This document shows positions 12,925 through 29,092 of a stretch of 64,000 nucleotides of DNA, piece by piece; the stretch's first letter is position 1, and each line of letters opens with the position of its first letter. Source of the stretch: the human T2T-CHM13v2.0 reference genome, Homo sapiens; the NCBI RefSeq assembly GCF_009914755.1, contig NC_060930.1; one strand, 5' to 3'. Under the pieces are notes generated by a model that was given only the letters and a program-made list of their open reading frames with translations, had not been told where the DNA came from and searched no databases. The position numbers and the translations under genes are program-made.

Positions 12925-13290
12925 TGTATTAGTCCAGTCTCACACTGCTATGAAGAAATACTGAGACTGGGTAATTTACGAAAGAAAGAAGTTTAACTGA
13001 CTCACAGTTCTGTATGGCTGGGGAGGCTTCAGGAAACTTACAATTGTGACAGAAGGGGAAGCAACACATCCTTCTTCACATGGTGGCAGGAGAGAAAAGT
13101 GCCAAGCAAAGGGAAAGAACCTCTTATAAAACCATCAGATCTCGTGAGAACTCACTATCACGAGGACAGCAGCGTGCAGGTAACCGCCTCCACGATTCCC
13201 TTCTCACTGGCTCCCTCCCATGACATATGGGGATTATGGGAACTACAATTCAAGATGACATTTGAGTGAAGACACAGCCAAACCATATTG
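12925..13290 (-). mobile_element. THE1C-like MaLR solo LTR
   Basis: tgtattagtccagtctcacactgctatgaagaaatac...gacacagccaaaccatattg; 5-bp TSD cgtat/catat. Confidence 0.92.
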
Positions 13291-14201
13291 CATATTTTAA
13301 GTATATCACTAGATTCACAAGAAGAGAAAGAAAAAAGATAAAGGCAAAAGAAAAAAAAAAAAACACCTCCTAAATGAGAAAGTTGGCATTTCCCTAAGGA
13401 GCAAATGTTCTAATTCTGAGTTTGAGACTTGCTACTGGGCCCAGACAAGATAAGAAAGCTGAGCCTTAGAATGTTGCTGTAAGTCTGGAGATGGTCTAAA
13501 GTGGTTCCCTGGCTTATGCTATAAGCAAAACTATCCCCTTTGAGAGATCAATCCCAAATTAGGCCCCTGGTAAAATATCAATAAAATAGGAATCCTTAAA
13601 AGATAACAGAATAAAATAAGCAAGAATCAACAGCATATCCCTAAGCCCTTTAGAAAGAGAAACTATCAAAGACAGAATGTAAAACATCTGTGAAAACAGT
13701 GTTTAATAAATAATAATATAATTAATATGAGCAAAGTATAGTTTCAGCATGGAGATTTAAAGAGCTGGAAAGATCATAGCCCCCTTCCTTGCAACAAAAA
13801 ACTAATCTGGGCAAACTCCAAACTAACCACATAATGACTTTTCTGAAGCCCATTAGGTGACTGAGTTCTCAGGGCAAACAACTAACTAGAAATCTGGTCA
13901 GAAAAAGAAACCTGCAGGGCGACACAGGACCCAAGCGTTTGTTTACCCAGGACAGATGCCACTAAATACTATATAAACTGGGAAGAGTTTTCACCTACAA
14001 TTGCTTAACAAATTGCTAAAAGCAAGAATGTAGGCTAGCATGAGGGTATCCAGGCTGCAGCATAGCTGGTAGACCTGGGGATGAGGCCTCCTCTTGTAGG
14101 CTTTGTTCTCTAGGACCCCATCCAGTTACTCATACAGAAGACGGACAGAAACCAGAGAAAGAGAAAGCATTTCTCTTGGCCTGGCTGGACAAGGGGAATA
14201 G

Positions 14202-14565
<364 letters not shown>

Positions 14566-15976
14566 TATTTCTTCTGTTTCTCTAAGGAGCCAAACCTTTA
14601 ATCTGCTTGGGAAAAGGTTAATAAAATAAGACTGCTGCCTAAGGGAATTTGTGGAAATGCACTGTAGCTGGGAAAGAGGAACAGAAGCCAGCACCAAGAG
14701 TTCACCTAGACTATGTACCATGCACCCTATCTACCTAAGGAAGAAAAGCCTTACTCTGCAGGGGAAGGGCAACCAAACAGTAGCCTGGCACTGAAGACTG
14801 AGGAAGGGAATAGAAAAACAAAATAAAGCAAAAAACTCTATAACTGGCAGAGAGGCAGCCACTGGGAGAAGGCAGAAACCTGGTGAAGGCCACCCCCTCG
14901 AGACACAGTGCCTGCCTAACACCAAGGCTTCCCCAAAACATGTTTCCCTTCCTAAACCATGCTGATAAGAATCAAGTAAGGAATTCCAACTGGAAGATAG
15001 CCCAGAAACAGTTTCTATCTTGGGAGCAGTGCACAGGAAACACAGAAAGTCAGGTTAGGAGACCCAAAGCCAAAGGTGAACAAACTTCAAACCCAACTCA
15101 ACTAAACAAGCACAAACCCACGACTAAAGAGAGGAGGAGGAAAGGCCTGCTCATTTCCAAGCATGAAAACATTTACTTCAGTGTCTTCTGTCCTATGTTC
15201 AGCTTTGCACATACACAATTTTTTTAACATAAAAAATTACAAGGAATGTGAAAATACACAATAAAACACAATCTGAAAAGACAAAGCAGTAATCAGAACT
15301 AAACTCTCACATAAGACAAGAAATTTAAAATGACTATGATTCACAGGGTAAAAGCTCAGAAACTTGGATCTATGCAACAAAATGGAGAACATCAGAAATG
15401 GAAAAAACAAGTAACAATGTTTTTTTACTTTTAATTATTCTGAAAGATAAGGAATGTTTAAGGCAAAACAGACAGATCTGAAAGAAAAATAGACGAATTC
15501 AAAATTATAGGTGGACATGCCAATATTCTTCTCTCAGTAGTTAATAAAAGAATCAGGGAGAAAACCATTAAGGATATAGATGACCTGAACATTATCAACA
15601 ATTTGAATTTATAACACTTTACCCAGGAAGAGCAGAACATACATCCTTATCAGATGCACATGGAATATGCCACTGAGAGTGACCATATCCTGGATGATAA
15701 AACAAAGTATAACAAATGAAAATAAATAAAAGTCATACAAGTTAGGTTCTCAGACCAATCAGAACTAGAAATCAATGACCAAGAGATATCTGGAAAAACT
15801 CAAATATTTGGAAATTAAACAACAAGTTAAAATAAACCAAGGGTAAAAGAGAAGTTTCAAGGACAACTTAAAAAATATTGTAAACTAAATGCAAATAGAA
15901 ACACAGCTTATCAAAATATCTGGCATGCAGCTAAATTAGTATTTAGAGAGAAATTTACAGTATTAAATGTTCATAA

Positions 15977-16357
<381 letters not shown>

Positions 16358-17022
16358 TAAGAAATTGAAGAAGAGAAAATTAAACCTCATACAAAAAGAA
16401 AAACAGAAATTACAAGGATGAGAAGAAATCAATGAAATATAAAACAAAAATAATTTTTAAAATCAATGAAATCAAAAGCTTGTTCTTCGAAAATATCATT
16501 AAAACTTAGCCAGGAGCCAGGTTGAACAAGAACAAAGGAGAGAACACAAAAATTAGCAATATCAAAAATAAAAAGGGGGAAGTAACTATTGGTCCTAAAG
16601 ATATTAAAATGTTAATAAGAAAATTCTATGAATAACTCTATACCTGTAAGTTTGATGACTTACATGAAATGGATCTATTCTAAGAAAGACTTAAATCACC
16701 AAAAGTCACTCAAGAGAAACAATATATAATGTGAATAATATCAAGTCTATTAAAGAAATTAAATTTATAGCTAAAAACTTTCCAAAATAGCAAACTCCAG
16801 GCCCATGTTGCTTTACTGGTAAATTCTACCAAATATTTAAGGAAGAAATAATATCAATTTTATATGATACCTTCACAAAAACAAAGAGGAGGGAACACAT
16901 TGCTACCTACTTTATGAGTCCAGTTTTATCCTAATATCATTACATTACATTACATTGGCATTACAAAAAAGATAATTATAGAACAATACCTTTCCTGAAT
17001 ATGGAAAATATTAGCAAATCAA

Positions 17023-17086
17023 ATATATACATACATACATGCATATATATATATATATATATATATGCATGTATGTATGTATATAT
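17023..17086. repeat. perfect 64-bp palindrome with an (AT)12 centre
   Basis: atatatacatacatacatgc-(at)12-gcatgtatgtatgtatatat. Confidence 0.95.
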
Positions 17087-19639
17087 AATATCAACTGACT
17101 GAAGTTCATTCCAGGAATACAAGTCTGGTTCAACATTTAAAAATCAGTCAATATAATTTGTCATATTAATAGACTAAATAAGAAAAACTGTATGATCATC
17201 TAAATAGATGCAGAAAATATGTTATACAATTTAATGTTCATTTGTAAAACAAAACAAAATAAAAAACAACTCGCAGCAAAGTAGAAATAGAAAATAATTT
17301 CCTTAACATTACAAAGTACACTAATAAAGTCTACAGTTACACAATGCTGTGTTTAACAGAACACATTAGTGTGTTGTTAAAGAAAGATCCCATCATTCGG
17401 ATACTCACTATTCATGAAGATGTCTCTCTCAGAAATAAAAGGTATACACATTTGAAAGAAAGAAGTAAAACTGTCATTATTTGCTCAAGACATGATTGTT
17501 TACATAGAAAATCTCAAATAATCTACCAAAAGTAAAATCTATTAAATGCAATAAGTTATTTCAGCAAGGTTGCAGGACACAAAAAAAATGCAAAAAGAAA
17601 TCAATTGTATTCCTGTATACCAACAATAAGATGTGAAATTGAAATTAACATGTGCAATATTATTTGTAGCAGTACAAATATTAAATATACATCAGATAAA
17701 ACATGTACAGGATCTGTATGCTAAAAACTACAAAATATTGATGGAACAAATCTAAGAAAATCTAAATAATGGAGAGATATAGCATTTTCATGGATTGGAA
17801 GACTCAATATTATTAAAATGCTAATTCTCCACATTTTGTTCTATAATTTCAACAAAATATCAATAAAAATGATTACAAGTTATTTTGTTGATATCAACAA
17901 ACTAACTGTAACATTTGTAGGGAAAATCAAAGGAACTAGAATAGCCAAAACAATTCTGAAAATAGAGCAAAATTGGAGGGCTCATGCTACCTAATGTTAA
18001 GATTGACTATAAAGCCACAGAAATCAAGTGAGCATGGTAGACACACACGTTAACATAATAAAATAGAGAGTCAGGAAACAGATCCTTACAAATACAGCCA
18101 ACTGATTTTGACAGTGTTGTAGAGGCAATTCAGTGAATAATTAGAATAATTAAATTTCCTATAAAAGAAAAAAGAAATCTTGACACATCTCTCAGACTTT
18201 ACACTAAAATTAACTCAACTTAATTTAACATTAATCCAAAGATAAAATGATAAACCTTTTAGAATTAAAACTGGAGAATGTCTGTTTGATCTTGGGTTTG
18301 GAGATACATTTTTAGATGACACACACTGTGATACATTAAAAAAATTAAATTACAATTTATAAAAGTTAAAGTTGCTGCAAAAGATACTGTTAAAAAAGAC
18401 AAGTCAAAGTATTTTCACAACATATATCTAATAACGGACTTGTATGCAAAATACATCAAGAATTTAAAAAACTCTTTAATAAATAATAATCCACTCAATT
18501 TAAAAAATGGGCTAAAGATCTAAAAAAATCAGCTTTTCAAAGAAGATGTATGAATGGCAAATAAGCATATAAAATATAGTCAAAATCATTAATCATTAAG
18601 AAAGTGTAAATTCACATCACTATACACCTATTTACATGGTGAAAACATAAACACATAAATAAGTAGTCATGCCAAAAGCTGGTGGGAATGCAAAGCAACA
18701 GGAAATCTGACTCATGGCTGGTAGGAATGCAAAATGAGACATTTTCTTAAATTTAGGCTTCCTAGATCAAATTTCTTAAATTCTTAACTATTTTCCCTTT
18801 GCATGCTCTCTTTCTGAACTCTCTTTATTCCTTTTGCTGAGGTTTTGATTGGCTATTTGTTAGAATATTTCATTCTGCCCTACAAATTGTTTCACTTTCC
18901 CTCATATTCTCCATCTGTTTGCAATTTGGACAATCCTTAAGGTCTGACGGTGCATTTAATAATTCTAGTTTCATTTGTTGCTAATGTACTATTTAACAAT
19001 TCCCTTGAGTGTTTAAATCTTTTTGTTATGAACAATAACTCACTTCTAAAAAAAGCGAATACAATGTAAATGTACAGCTAAATATTTTACTATAAACAAA
19101 TGTCTATGGTAACCACCACATAGATCATTGATAGAATTCTATCAGCACCATATCCCCAGTCTGCCCCTAACTGTTCAAAGTTCAGCATTATCTTGACTTT
19201 TATCACAAACATATTCTTGCCCTTTTTTGTGTTTAAGGTAGGTTTATAAAGTTGTATATTGTATGCATCCCAGCCATCAAGAAACAAAAAAGCAAATTTC
19301 ATCAATGATAGTAGGACTGAATTGCCTTTTTATACTCTCTATGGAAGAAGATACCAAAATTATTGTTATATAAAGACTATGCAGCCATGTGGAAAAATAA
19401 AGTATATCAAAATTTAGTCAGTTAATGAGTAAAGTAAGTTGTTAGTTTTTAGGATTTGTGATGTCTGTATTTGTCAGATTTCAGTATTTTTTTTTTCATT
19501 TTAAACATTATGAAAATCATCTAGTTTTATCTTACTCTTGTATTGGTAATTTTGTTTTGTTTTTATTGTATTTTAAGAAATCTCCATAATTGCATAAGAT
19601 TCAACCTAAACAAATCTGTATTTAGCCCATATTGTTGGG

Positions 19640-19954
19640 AAAGGTATTAAATTTTACTCTTTCTTATATTGATATTAAAGCAGCCCAGAATCATTAATGC
19701 AAAAGACTATCATTTCCCCCATTGTAGTGCAATGCCATTTTTGTCATAAAGCCAGTTGGTCACATCACAATGTTCTATGCCATTGGTCTTTTATCTAACC
19801 TTGCACTATTACCAGAATGTATTAATAATTATAGATTTATAACAAATCTGACTAACCAATAGTGCAAGTTCTTGTATGGTATTGTTCTTTTTCAGGTGAG
19901 TCTTCCCTATCCTAGATTTATTGCATTTCTCCATATATTTCAGAAGAAACTTGT

Positions 19955-19999
<45 letters not shown>

Positions 20000-20430
20000 A
20001 TATATTCATGCATACAAAATTTGCTAGTTTGACAGGGACTGGCTAGTAGATAGTATGTACTCAATAAATAAATATTTGTCAAATAAATGAGCAAAAAACT
20101 CTATGAACATGTTGTAAGTTCTACATTATTATTTCTCAGTACAGTTTTATTCCCTTTGTAGAAATACTGCATCTATTCTGTTATGTTTATTTCTAGGTGC
20201 TTGATGTTTTTGTTGCTGTTGTAAATTTATTTAATATTAATTTTTTAAATGTTTTGTTATTGGATATATTATAGAAATATAGTTATTTTAATATATTGAT
20301 TTAGTAACTAGCAACACTGCTATGCTTTTGTTTTAACTCTTAAAATGTATTGTTAAATTATTTTGTATTATCTATGTCAATAATAATATTTGGGGCAAGA
20401 GTTGGCTGCTTTTACCTTTCTAATTCCTTT
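19640..20430 (-). mobile_element. old L1M (L1ME-like) ORF2 fragments
   Basis: ccagaatcattaatgcaaaagactatcatttcccc..ttgttctttttcaggtgagtcttccctatcc match antisense L1 ORF2. Confidence 0.6.
19958..19997. repeat. (AC)20 microsatellite
   Basis: perfect CA run. Confidence 0.95.
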
Positions 20431-20433
20431 ACC

Positions 20434-20730
20434 TTTTTTTTTTTTTTTTTTTTGAGATGGAGTCTCACTCTGTCACCCAGTCTGGAGTGTAGTGGGACGC
20501 TCTTGGCTCACCACAACCCGGGCCTCCTGGGTTCAAGTGAGTCTCTTGCCTCAGCCCCAGAAGCTGGGATTACAGGTGTGCACCACTATGCCTGGCTAAT
20601 TTTTGTATTTTTCGTAGAGACAGGGTTTCACCATGTTGGTCAGGCTGGTCTCAAACTCCTGACCTCATGGTCCACCCACCTTGGCCTCCCAAAGTGCTGG
20701 GATTACAGGCGTGAGCCACTGTACCTGGCC
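20434..20730 (-). mobile_element. Alu (AluS)
   Basis: poly-T plus gagatggagtctcactctgtcaccc...gagccactgtacctggcc; TSD t(a/g)cctttt. Confidence 0.95.
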
Positions 20731-20809
20731 TGCCTTTTATATATTTTACTTGCTGTACTGAACTGGTTAGCACCTGCCAAATGAAAGTGGTGATTGAGAA
20801 AATATATTC

Positions 20810-22990
20810 ATTAACTAGAGACTTTCTTTGGATTTCCCCAGTTTTTTCACTAATGTTCTATCTCTGTTGCAGAATCCAGTCCAGGATGCCATACTGACTG
20901 CATTTAGTTGTCCTGTCTCCTTAGTCTCCTTTCTCAATCTCTGATAGTTTCTCAGTCTTTCTTTCTCTGTTGTATTGCTGACACTTTTGAAGAGTACTGT
21001 TCAAATATTTTGTGTCACGTTCCTCAACCTGACTTTGCTGACCTTTACTGTGTGTGATTAAACTGAAGATACAAGCTTTGGTGAGGAATATCTTAAAGGT
21101 GACATCCCCTTCTTTTCACAACATATCAGGGGGTACATGATGTCAGCATGACTTAAAATTTATTATGTTATCCTTGATCACTTGGTTAAGGTCATGTCTG
21201 CCAAATTTCTCCTTTGCAAAATTATTTTTTCCTTTCTAAACTCTGTGTTAGAAGCAAGTTACTAAGTCCAAACTACACTTATGATAGTAGGGGTATTAAA
21301 CTCCAACACTTGGTGAGTGAAGTATCAAAGAATGCACTGGCATATATTAAGACTATAGTAGTAATAAGTACTTATTTATGAAGAGATACTTTGAAGCTAT
21401 GCAAATATCCTATTTCCCTTGAGTTGCCAATTAATTTTGCATTCACCAGCAGATATTGACTGTAGCACCTATTACTGTGGTGTTCTACTGGTGATTTTCT
21501 ATTTCCATCACTATTTCTACATTTGTTACTTGGAATTATTTTGCAAAAAAAGTTGTCCTTTCTCTTCCATGTATGCATATGTGCTTTATTTATTATCAGT
21601 ATGGGCTCAGATATTTATTTTGCTCTTTGGTTTAAAATCAAACATTATCATTGTTTATATTTACATTATTTATTTGCGATGTGTTTAAATTGTCCCAGCT
21701 TTGGCAATTGGGAGCACTTTCAGGTGAGATTCCTGTATCCTTTCGATACAAACTCTTCTTTTTTTAGACTTCTTACTTTCTGACGCACTTTATTTTTAGG
21801 CTCATTATATCTTTTCTCTAACCCACCCCCAAACAGAGCCATTTCTCTAGGGAGCCCTGTTTCCTTTAATTCCAGAATGAGAATTTGACACCAAGATCTG
21901 GGGGGCTGGGTATGCTTATTGCTGCTAATATGTCACTGCTTCCTTGATGTGAAAATCAATGTGTGTATCCTAACCCATTTATATATACCTGTCTGTATTT
22001 ATTCCTGCATGTATCTGTAAAACATTAAAAAGATGTATGTTCGTGTCTCCATCTCTAATACAGCACAGTAAGTTCTGCTCTAGCCATCACTCTTTGCATA
22101 TTTATAACGTCTTTCTCTGACATGAGAAACTTAGCTCCCATTATCTACGATTGATTTATTTATTGGCTCAAACTTAGTATTCATGGAAAGTACTCCGAGA
22201 ATTGATAACCCCATACTGCTGTGAGAAACAAATTTACCAACTAGAGTACATTGTTTATGTATAGTTTTTTCTTTAGCCTTTCAGTGTCCAGTCAAAACAT
22301 CGTTTTCTGAAGTTACAAAAATCAACTCATCTTTTTCCAATCCTATCAGTGTATATATCATGTATTTGTAATATGGTTAGATCCATTTATCACAGTCTAT
22401 ATTCTATTCTGGGATCCCTTGACATGCTAATTAATTTTTAAAGTTTGCATACAATAAAATTCATGCTTTGTAGTAGAAAAGTCTACGGATTTTGGCAAAT
22501 GTATAAGAACTGTATTCATCACTTCATTACCACATAAAACAGCTTCATGAAACTGTTATTATGCATCTCTTTCACAGAAAATATCGTCCCTTCCTCTATT
22601 TCCCAACTCCTGGCAACCACTAATAGGTTTCCCTCTCTGCAGTCTTGCGTTTTTCAGAATATCATGTATTTAGAATCCTGCTAGGTAGCCAATTAAGCCT
22701 GGCTTCCTTTGCTTAGCAAACTGCATTTAAGATTCTTTTATGTCTTTGTGTGAATCAATGTCTTATTCCTTTTCACTGGTGAGTAGAATTCCGTTGTGCA
22801 AAAGTACTACAATTTGTTTCTCCATTCACTGGTTAAAGGATATACAGGTTTTTTCAAATTTTTGGTGATTATGAAGAAAGTTGCTCTAAATTTTTGCATG
22901 TAGAATTTTGAGCGTATTTTTTACTTGGGGGAAATACTGAGATCACTGTGTCATATGGTGATATATATGTAACTTTTTAAAAAATTGCAA
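20810..22990 (-). mobile_element. L1MC/L1MD 3' region
   Basis: ccaggatgcca..gcatttagttgtcctgtctccttagtctcc, gagatactttgaagctatgcaaatatcc, ttgtcccagctttggcaattgggag, cctggcaaccactaat. Confidence 0.75.
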
Positions 22991-23339
22991 TAGCATATTA
23001 GACATAAATTCAAACAGCAGTATTAAATAGGCTGTCAGACCTTAAGAATTATCCACATTGCAAGCAAATGGAGAATATGAGGAAAAGTGAAACAAAAATG
23101 GGAGAATGAAAAATTCTAACCTACACCTAATCAAAGTCTATTCCTTCAGAACCCTACCAGCAGGCTCCCACCGGGAGAAGGGGTAACTGGTGACAGCTCC
23201 ACGACTCCCTCCCTTTCCCCTCTTCAAGGAAAAGAAAACAGAAGACACTGCTGAATTGGTCCAGATTCTTTTCTCTATCTCCTTTATAGGACAAAAAGCT
23301 GAATAAGCCTAATAAACACTTACCAACTATTCTAAAATA

Positions 23340-23615
23340 AAACACAACAGAGTATTTTTGCAAGTTTGCTGAGGCAAAGATTTCTTAAGATTAAAAAAAT
23401 CACTAATCATAAAGAAAAATAATGGGATAAATTACACTTCAACACAAAAATGCCCATGCTTTCAAAATCGCCAATAGGAATTTGAAAAGGCAAGCCATAT
23501 ACTGGGAGAATATTACGTGTGTATTACACACACATACCAAAATCTTTTTTGATATATCTACCTCACAAAGATTTTGTATCTAAACTATATAAGAACTTCT
23601 AAACCTAAATAACCC
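23340..23615 (+). mobile_element. L1M ORF2 3' fragment
   Basis: ggcaaagatttcttaaga...gaaaaggcaagccatatactgggagaatatt. Confidence 0.6.
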
Positions 23616-23699
23616 TTTCTGATTTCTTTTGAATTATTTACCTATGTTTAAATAAAATCTTTCAGTTTCACTCTTTTATACAGTAGACACTACTGGTAG

Positions 23700-24022
<323 letters not shown>

Positions 24023-24325
24023 TTATGTGCTTTCTTAAGTTAAAGACAAAAGAGTCATATCTCTACTTCTTTCCAAATAATAGATCTTTTGTATTCTTTA
24101 TCACCGTTTTCAAATGTGCATATTATTGTTGCTCAATAATTCTATTACAGTTGCATATATTCTCTCAATCCAATCCTTATATTTAATATTGTTTTGTGCA
24201 GTCATTACTTATTTTGATCTTCCCTGATATGCATCACTGTAACTTTACTCATCATTTTATTCCTGATTTCAGTTCTTCTTCCTTATGTGCATTTTTCAGA
24301 AGTTTCTTTAGTGAGTGCATGATTC

Positions 24326-24714
24326 TGCTTTAGTCAGCTCAGGCTTCCAGAACAGAATGCCACAGCCTGAGTGGCTTAAACAACAGAAAATTTTTCTTAA
24401 TAATCCTGGAGGCCAGAAGTTCAAGATTAATGTGCCCTAAGAGTTGGCTGCTGGCAAGTCTTCTCTTCCTGGCTTGTAGACAGCTACCTCCTTACTGTGT
24501 TCTCACATAGCCTCTTCTCTGCACAGAGGAGAGAGAAAGCTCGGGTGTCTCTTCTTCTTTTTGTAAGGACGCCAGTCCTATCCAATTAGGCCCCCATCCT
24601 TTATGATTTCATTTAATCTTTATTATCTCTTTAAGGGTCATGTCTCCAAATACATCAAGGGTCAGGGCTTCAGTACATACATTTGGAGGGCAGAGCATTA
24701 TTCAGTCTATAACA
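24326..24714 (-). mobile_element. MLT1A/A0 MaLR solo LTR
   Basis: ttagtcagctcaggct...tggcttaaacaacagaaa...taaggacgccagtcctat..ttagggcccc...ttcagtctataaca. Confidence 0.85.
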
Positions 24715-24954
24715 GTGAGGTATGTCAAAAACACCCTCACTTTTATTTGTCTTTTTAAAAGTATTTACTTGCTTTTTTAAAAATGAAAATTGAGCTGGAT
24801 ATAACATTTTAAGTTAATATTTATTTTCTCTCAGCCCTTAAGGATTCTGTACTCTACAAACCAACTGCAATTTGGAATGAAATATGGCAACTGATAATTC
24901 TCTTTGAATTTTTGACCATCAATCCCCTCCTTTTTAATCTCTTTTTTAGTTTTT

Positions 24955-25710
24955 ATTTCTTACAGTAAATTTTTTTTAAGAACTTGTTTTGAAATTTACA
25001 TGCTGTTGTAAAAAATAATACAGAGTAATCCCTTATATCTTCCAGCTGGTTTCCCCTATTACATTTTACATAATTATAGTGAAATATCACAACAGGAAAT
25101 TGACATTGATACAGTCTATGAATCTTTGATTTCAGGTATTTTGCATTCACTCACGTGTCTGTGAGTGTATTCCTTTTATGCAAGTTTAACATACTAGTAG
25201 TTTCTGTCAATCAACACAGTCAAAATATAGAAGAGTTCCGTTCTGAGAACCCCTCATGATAGACATGATTTAACAACCACAGACATCCACCTCAACCCCC
25301 CAGCAACTACTATTTTCTATTATTGTCTCTCAATCTTTATAATTTTGTTATTTCAAAAAATGTTATATAAACAGAATCAGAGGGCATCACCTTTCGAGAC
25401 TGACTTTTTTTACTCAACATATTGTGCTTCAGATCCATCCAAGCTGCTGTGTATGTATCAGTAGTTTGTTCTTTTTCATTGTTGAGTAGTATTCTACGGT
25501 GTGGATGTTCCACAGTTAGTTCAACCATTCACCCTATGAAGGACATTTTGTTTGTTTCTAGTTTTGTGTTTTTATAAAGTTGCTATGACTATTTGTGTAC
25601 AGGAATTTGTGTCGACATAGCTTGTCATTTCTCTGGGATAAATACCCAAGAGTGCCTTACTTGACCATAATGGTAAGTGCATGTTTACTTTTTCTAGAAA
25701 CTGGTGTAGT
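24955..25710 (-). mobile_element. L1MC-like 3' end
   Basis: atatcacaacaggaaattgacattgatacagtc...gagtagtattctacggtgtggatg..ccacagtt...ctgggataaatacccaagagtg. Confidence 0.75.
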
Positions 25711-26213
25711 CTTGTCTACAGTGTCTGAACCACTTTTTACATTCCTATATTCCCTTATATTTTGGCTTTCAATGTTACTTTTAACATATTCACCGCGGTC
25801 TTGTTATCTTTACTTCACAGTTAATTTGTGTTTTATTTCTGGCTTTAAGTTTTACTCCTTCTCATTATGATGTAACCCATGAGTGGGTTTGTATTTATTT
25901 ATAGTGCTTAAGATTCATTTTGTTTCCTGCATATGAAAATTCATGTATATTACCAATTCTGGAAAATTTGTAGCCAATTCATATTTCACATCTCCTCTTA
26001 AATCTGTTAGACACATATTTGATCTTATTTTTTTTCTCCTACCTCTCTTATTTTTTTGTTAAAGAGTTCTCTGAACTTACCTGGTTTCTGCCAAGGGCAT
26101 ACAATTGTTTATCTCTTGTCTGCTAATGGCTAAATGCATAACTTAAGGCAATAAATTATCAAGAGACTGTTTTGACAATGTTTACTGTTAAAAAGCTCAA
26201 GAAGTTTAAAGCC

Positions 26214-26727
<514 letters not shown>

Positions 26728-27229
26728 TTAGTTTAAAATATTCAATTAATTTTAATTTCCTCTTCTGAATCAGCTATAAATTTTGATGCTAGCTTTAATT
26801 TTATTTTTACTGCAAGTCTTTGACCGTAAGGTTTAGTAAAGTTTACATTTTGCCCAAATAAAATGTTCTATACTTTACCTAATTCATTAACATGTCTTCT
26901 CTCCCAACTTAAATTTCCTATTTTACTGAATTTTTTCTCATGCCTAAGTTGACAACTTGTGGGTAATTTAAGATATGCTTATATTCTTTACACATGTATT
27001 TTGGGGTAATTTTCAAACATACAGTCCTATAAAATATGAACCAAAAAAAAAACTAAAACCCTATTTGAATACCAGAAAATGTGTATACTTCTTAAAACAT
27101 CATTTGAAATCTAATTTCCTAGAAGACAATGCACTCCTGTAGTACGAAAATATTCTAGAGAACGTAAGATTGAATACAGATGGCAAGTTGGCAGGACTTT
27201 GCTTTCAGGTTATCTCCCAAACAAATCGA

Positions 27230-27600
27230 CATGATGCCACAAATAAGTGAGAAATGCAAGGTTTGTATTTCTGTGCCTGGCTTATTTCACTTAATGATCT
27301 CCAGTTCTTTGTGGCAAATCATTGGATCTCATTGTTTCTTAGGGCTGGATAGTACTCCACTGTGTATATGTATGACATTCTCTGTATCCATTCATCTGTT
27401 GATGGTCGCTTAGGTTACTCCCAAATCTTAACTATTGTAAACAGTGCTGCAACAAATATAGGAGTGTTGATATCTCTTTGATATTACTGATTTCCTTTCT
27501 TTTGAGTATATACCCAGCAGTGGGACTGCTGAATAATATAGTAGCTCAATTTTTAGTTTTTTGAAGAACCTCCAAACTTTTCTCCATAGTGGTTTAATAC
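27230..27600 (-). mobile_element. L1MA-like 3' fragment
   Basis: tttctgtgcctggcttatttcactta...tatatacccagcagtgggactgctg...gaacctccaaacttttctccatagtgg. Confidence 0.8.
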
Positions 27601-29039
27601 AAAAGCAGGCTACTGTGTAAAACAAACATAGCCCTTCTGCAGACTTGAACTCCCGGATTTGACTCTTCTCCAGGGAAACAATTAGCATTGTCTAATGTCA
27701 CATGAAGAAAGAGGTTTGTATCCTGTTTGCTCTGGGGCACTGTTCATAGTGACACGATAGCCCTAAATATTACCTTCCTTGGATATACTTTCTTTTCCTA
27801 TTTCTAGTGTAACAGAGGAGTGTCTGCAAAGCCCTCCTATAGTGTTCTAAGTACGAGTTTGCCTCATGAAGAGTGGAGCTGGGAGGAATACAGAAAAAGA
27901 GTTTGCCTTAGCCCTGAGAATTGAAGAATCAGTAAGAGGAGCTATCATTTGGTATACATTTGAAGAAATAGAAAGAATATTTCCATAAGGCACTTTAAAG
28001 TATTCTGTCACCCAAGGAACTATAGAGAACTTACCCAAGAACCTAGTAAGCTTCAATGGCTAATTGAAATGAAGTCTTAAGTCCGGTCATTGCAATTTAT
28101 GATTATATATCACTGGAGTATTTATGATTGAAAGGGGCATTTCACGTTTAAATTGGGTTTGTACATTAACATTTTCTAGGGAGAATCAAAGTAACACTTC
28201 AAATAATACTTCAAATTTCATCATAATATGCATCTTGGGGCAAAATATTATGTATATGTGTTCCACTTGGAGAAAACAGACAAATCAATTATGGGGTTAG
28301 TTACTGAGGGACTTTGTGAATAAGTTTCAGACACTCTAAAAATGAAAGTGATGCAGTAAACTTTTGATACAAACAATTGAGGAGATTAGTATTTTTCTGG
28401 AATTTTATAATGCAGTAATTCACATGTCTTCACTGAAGACAAACCAAATGACAATCTATTGCTAATGAGCAAGCAGGGAATAAAATGTTTTACTATTAAA
28501 AATTACTCTGGAGTAGAACAGAGAGCCCAGAAGTAAATCCAGAAATTTACCGCTAACTGATTTTTGACAAAGGTGTCAAGAACTCATAAGGGAGAAATGA
28601 CAGTCTCTTCAATAAATGGAATTGAAAAAACTGGATATCCACATGCAGAAGAATGAAACTGGGCCCTTATCTCATACCAAGTACAAAAATCAATTCAAAA
28701 TAGATTTAAGACTTAAACATAAAACCTGAAACTGTAAAACTACTACAAGAAAACCTAGAATAAAAGCTTCATAACATTGGTCTGGATAATGATGTTTTGG
28801 ATATCTCCCCAAAAGCACAGGTAATAAAGCAAAAATAAACAAATGGGATCACATCAACCTTAAAAGCTTCTACCCAACAAAGGAAACAATCGACAGAGTG
28901 ATGAGACAACCTAGAGGATAGGAGAAAATATCTGCAAACTGTACATCTGATAAGGGATTCATATCCAAAATATATAAGGAACTCAAACCACTCAACAGCA
29001 AGAAAACAAACAACCTGATTAAAAATGGAAAAAAGACCT

Positions 29040-29042
<3 letters not shown>

Positions 29043-29090
<48 letters not shown>
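29043..29090. repeat. (AC)24 microsatellite
   Basis: perfect CA run inside the L1. Confidence 0.95.

Positions 29091-29092
<2 letters not shown>

Noticed and set aside
20350-20784. 144-aa ORF and similar ORFs at 16013, 23704, 26305, 37964, 43947, 48960 and 60305
   Set aside because: These are Alu read-through peptides ([14 protein letters not shown]..), a well-known artefact.
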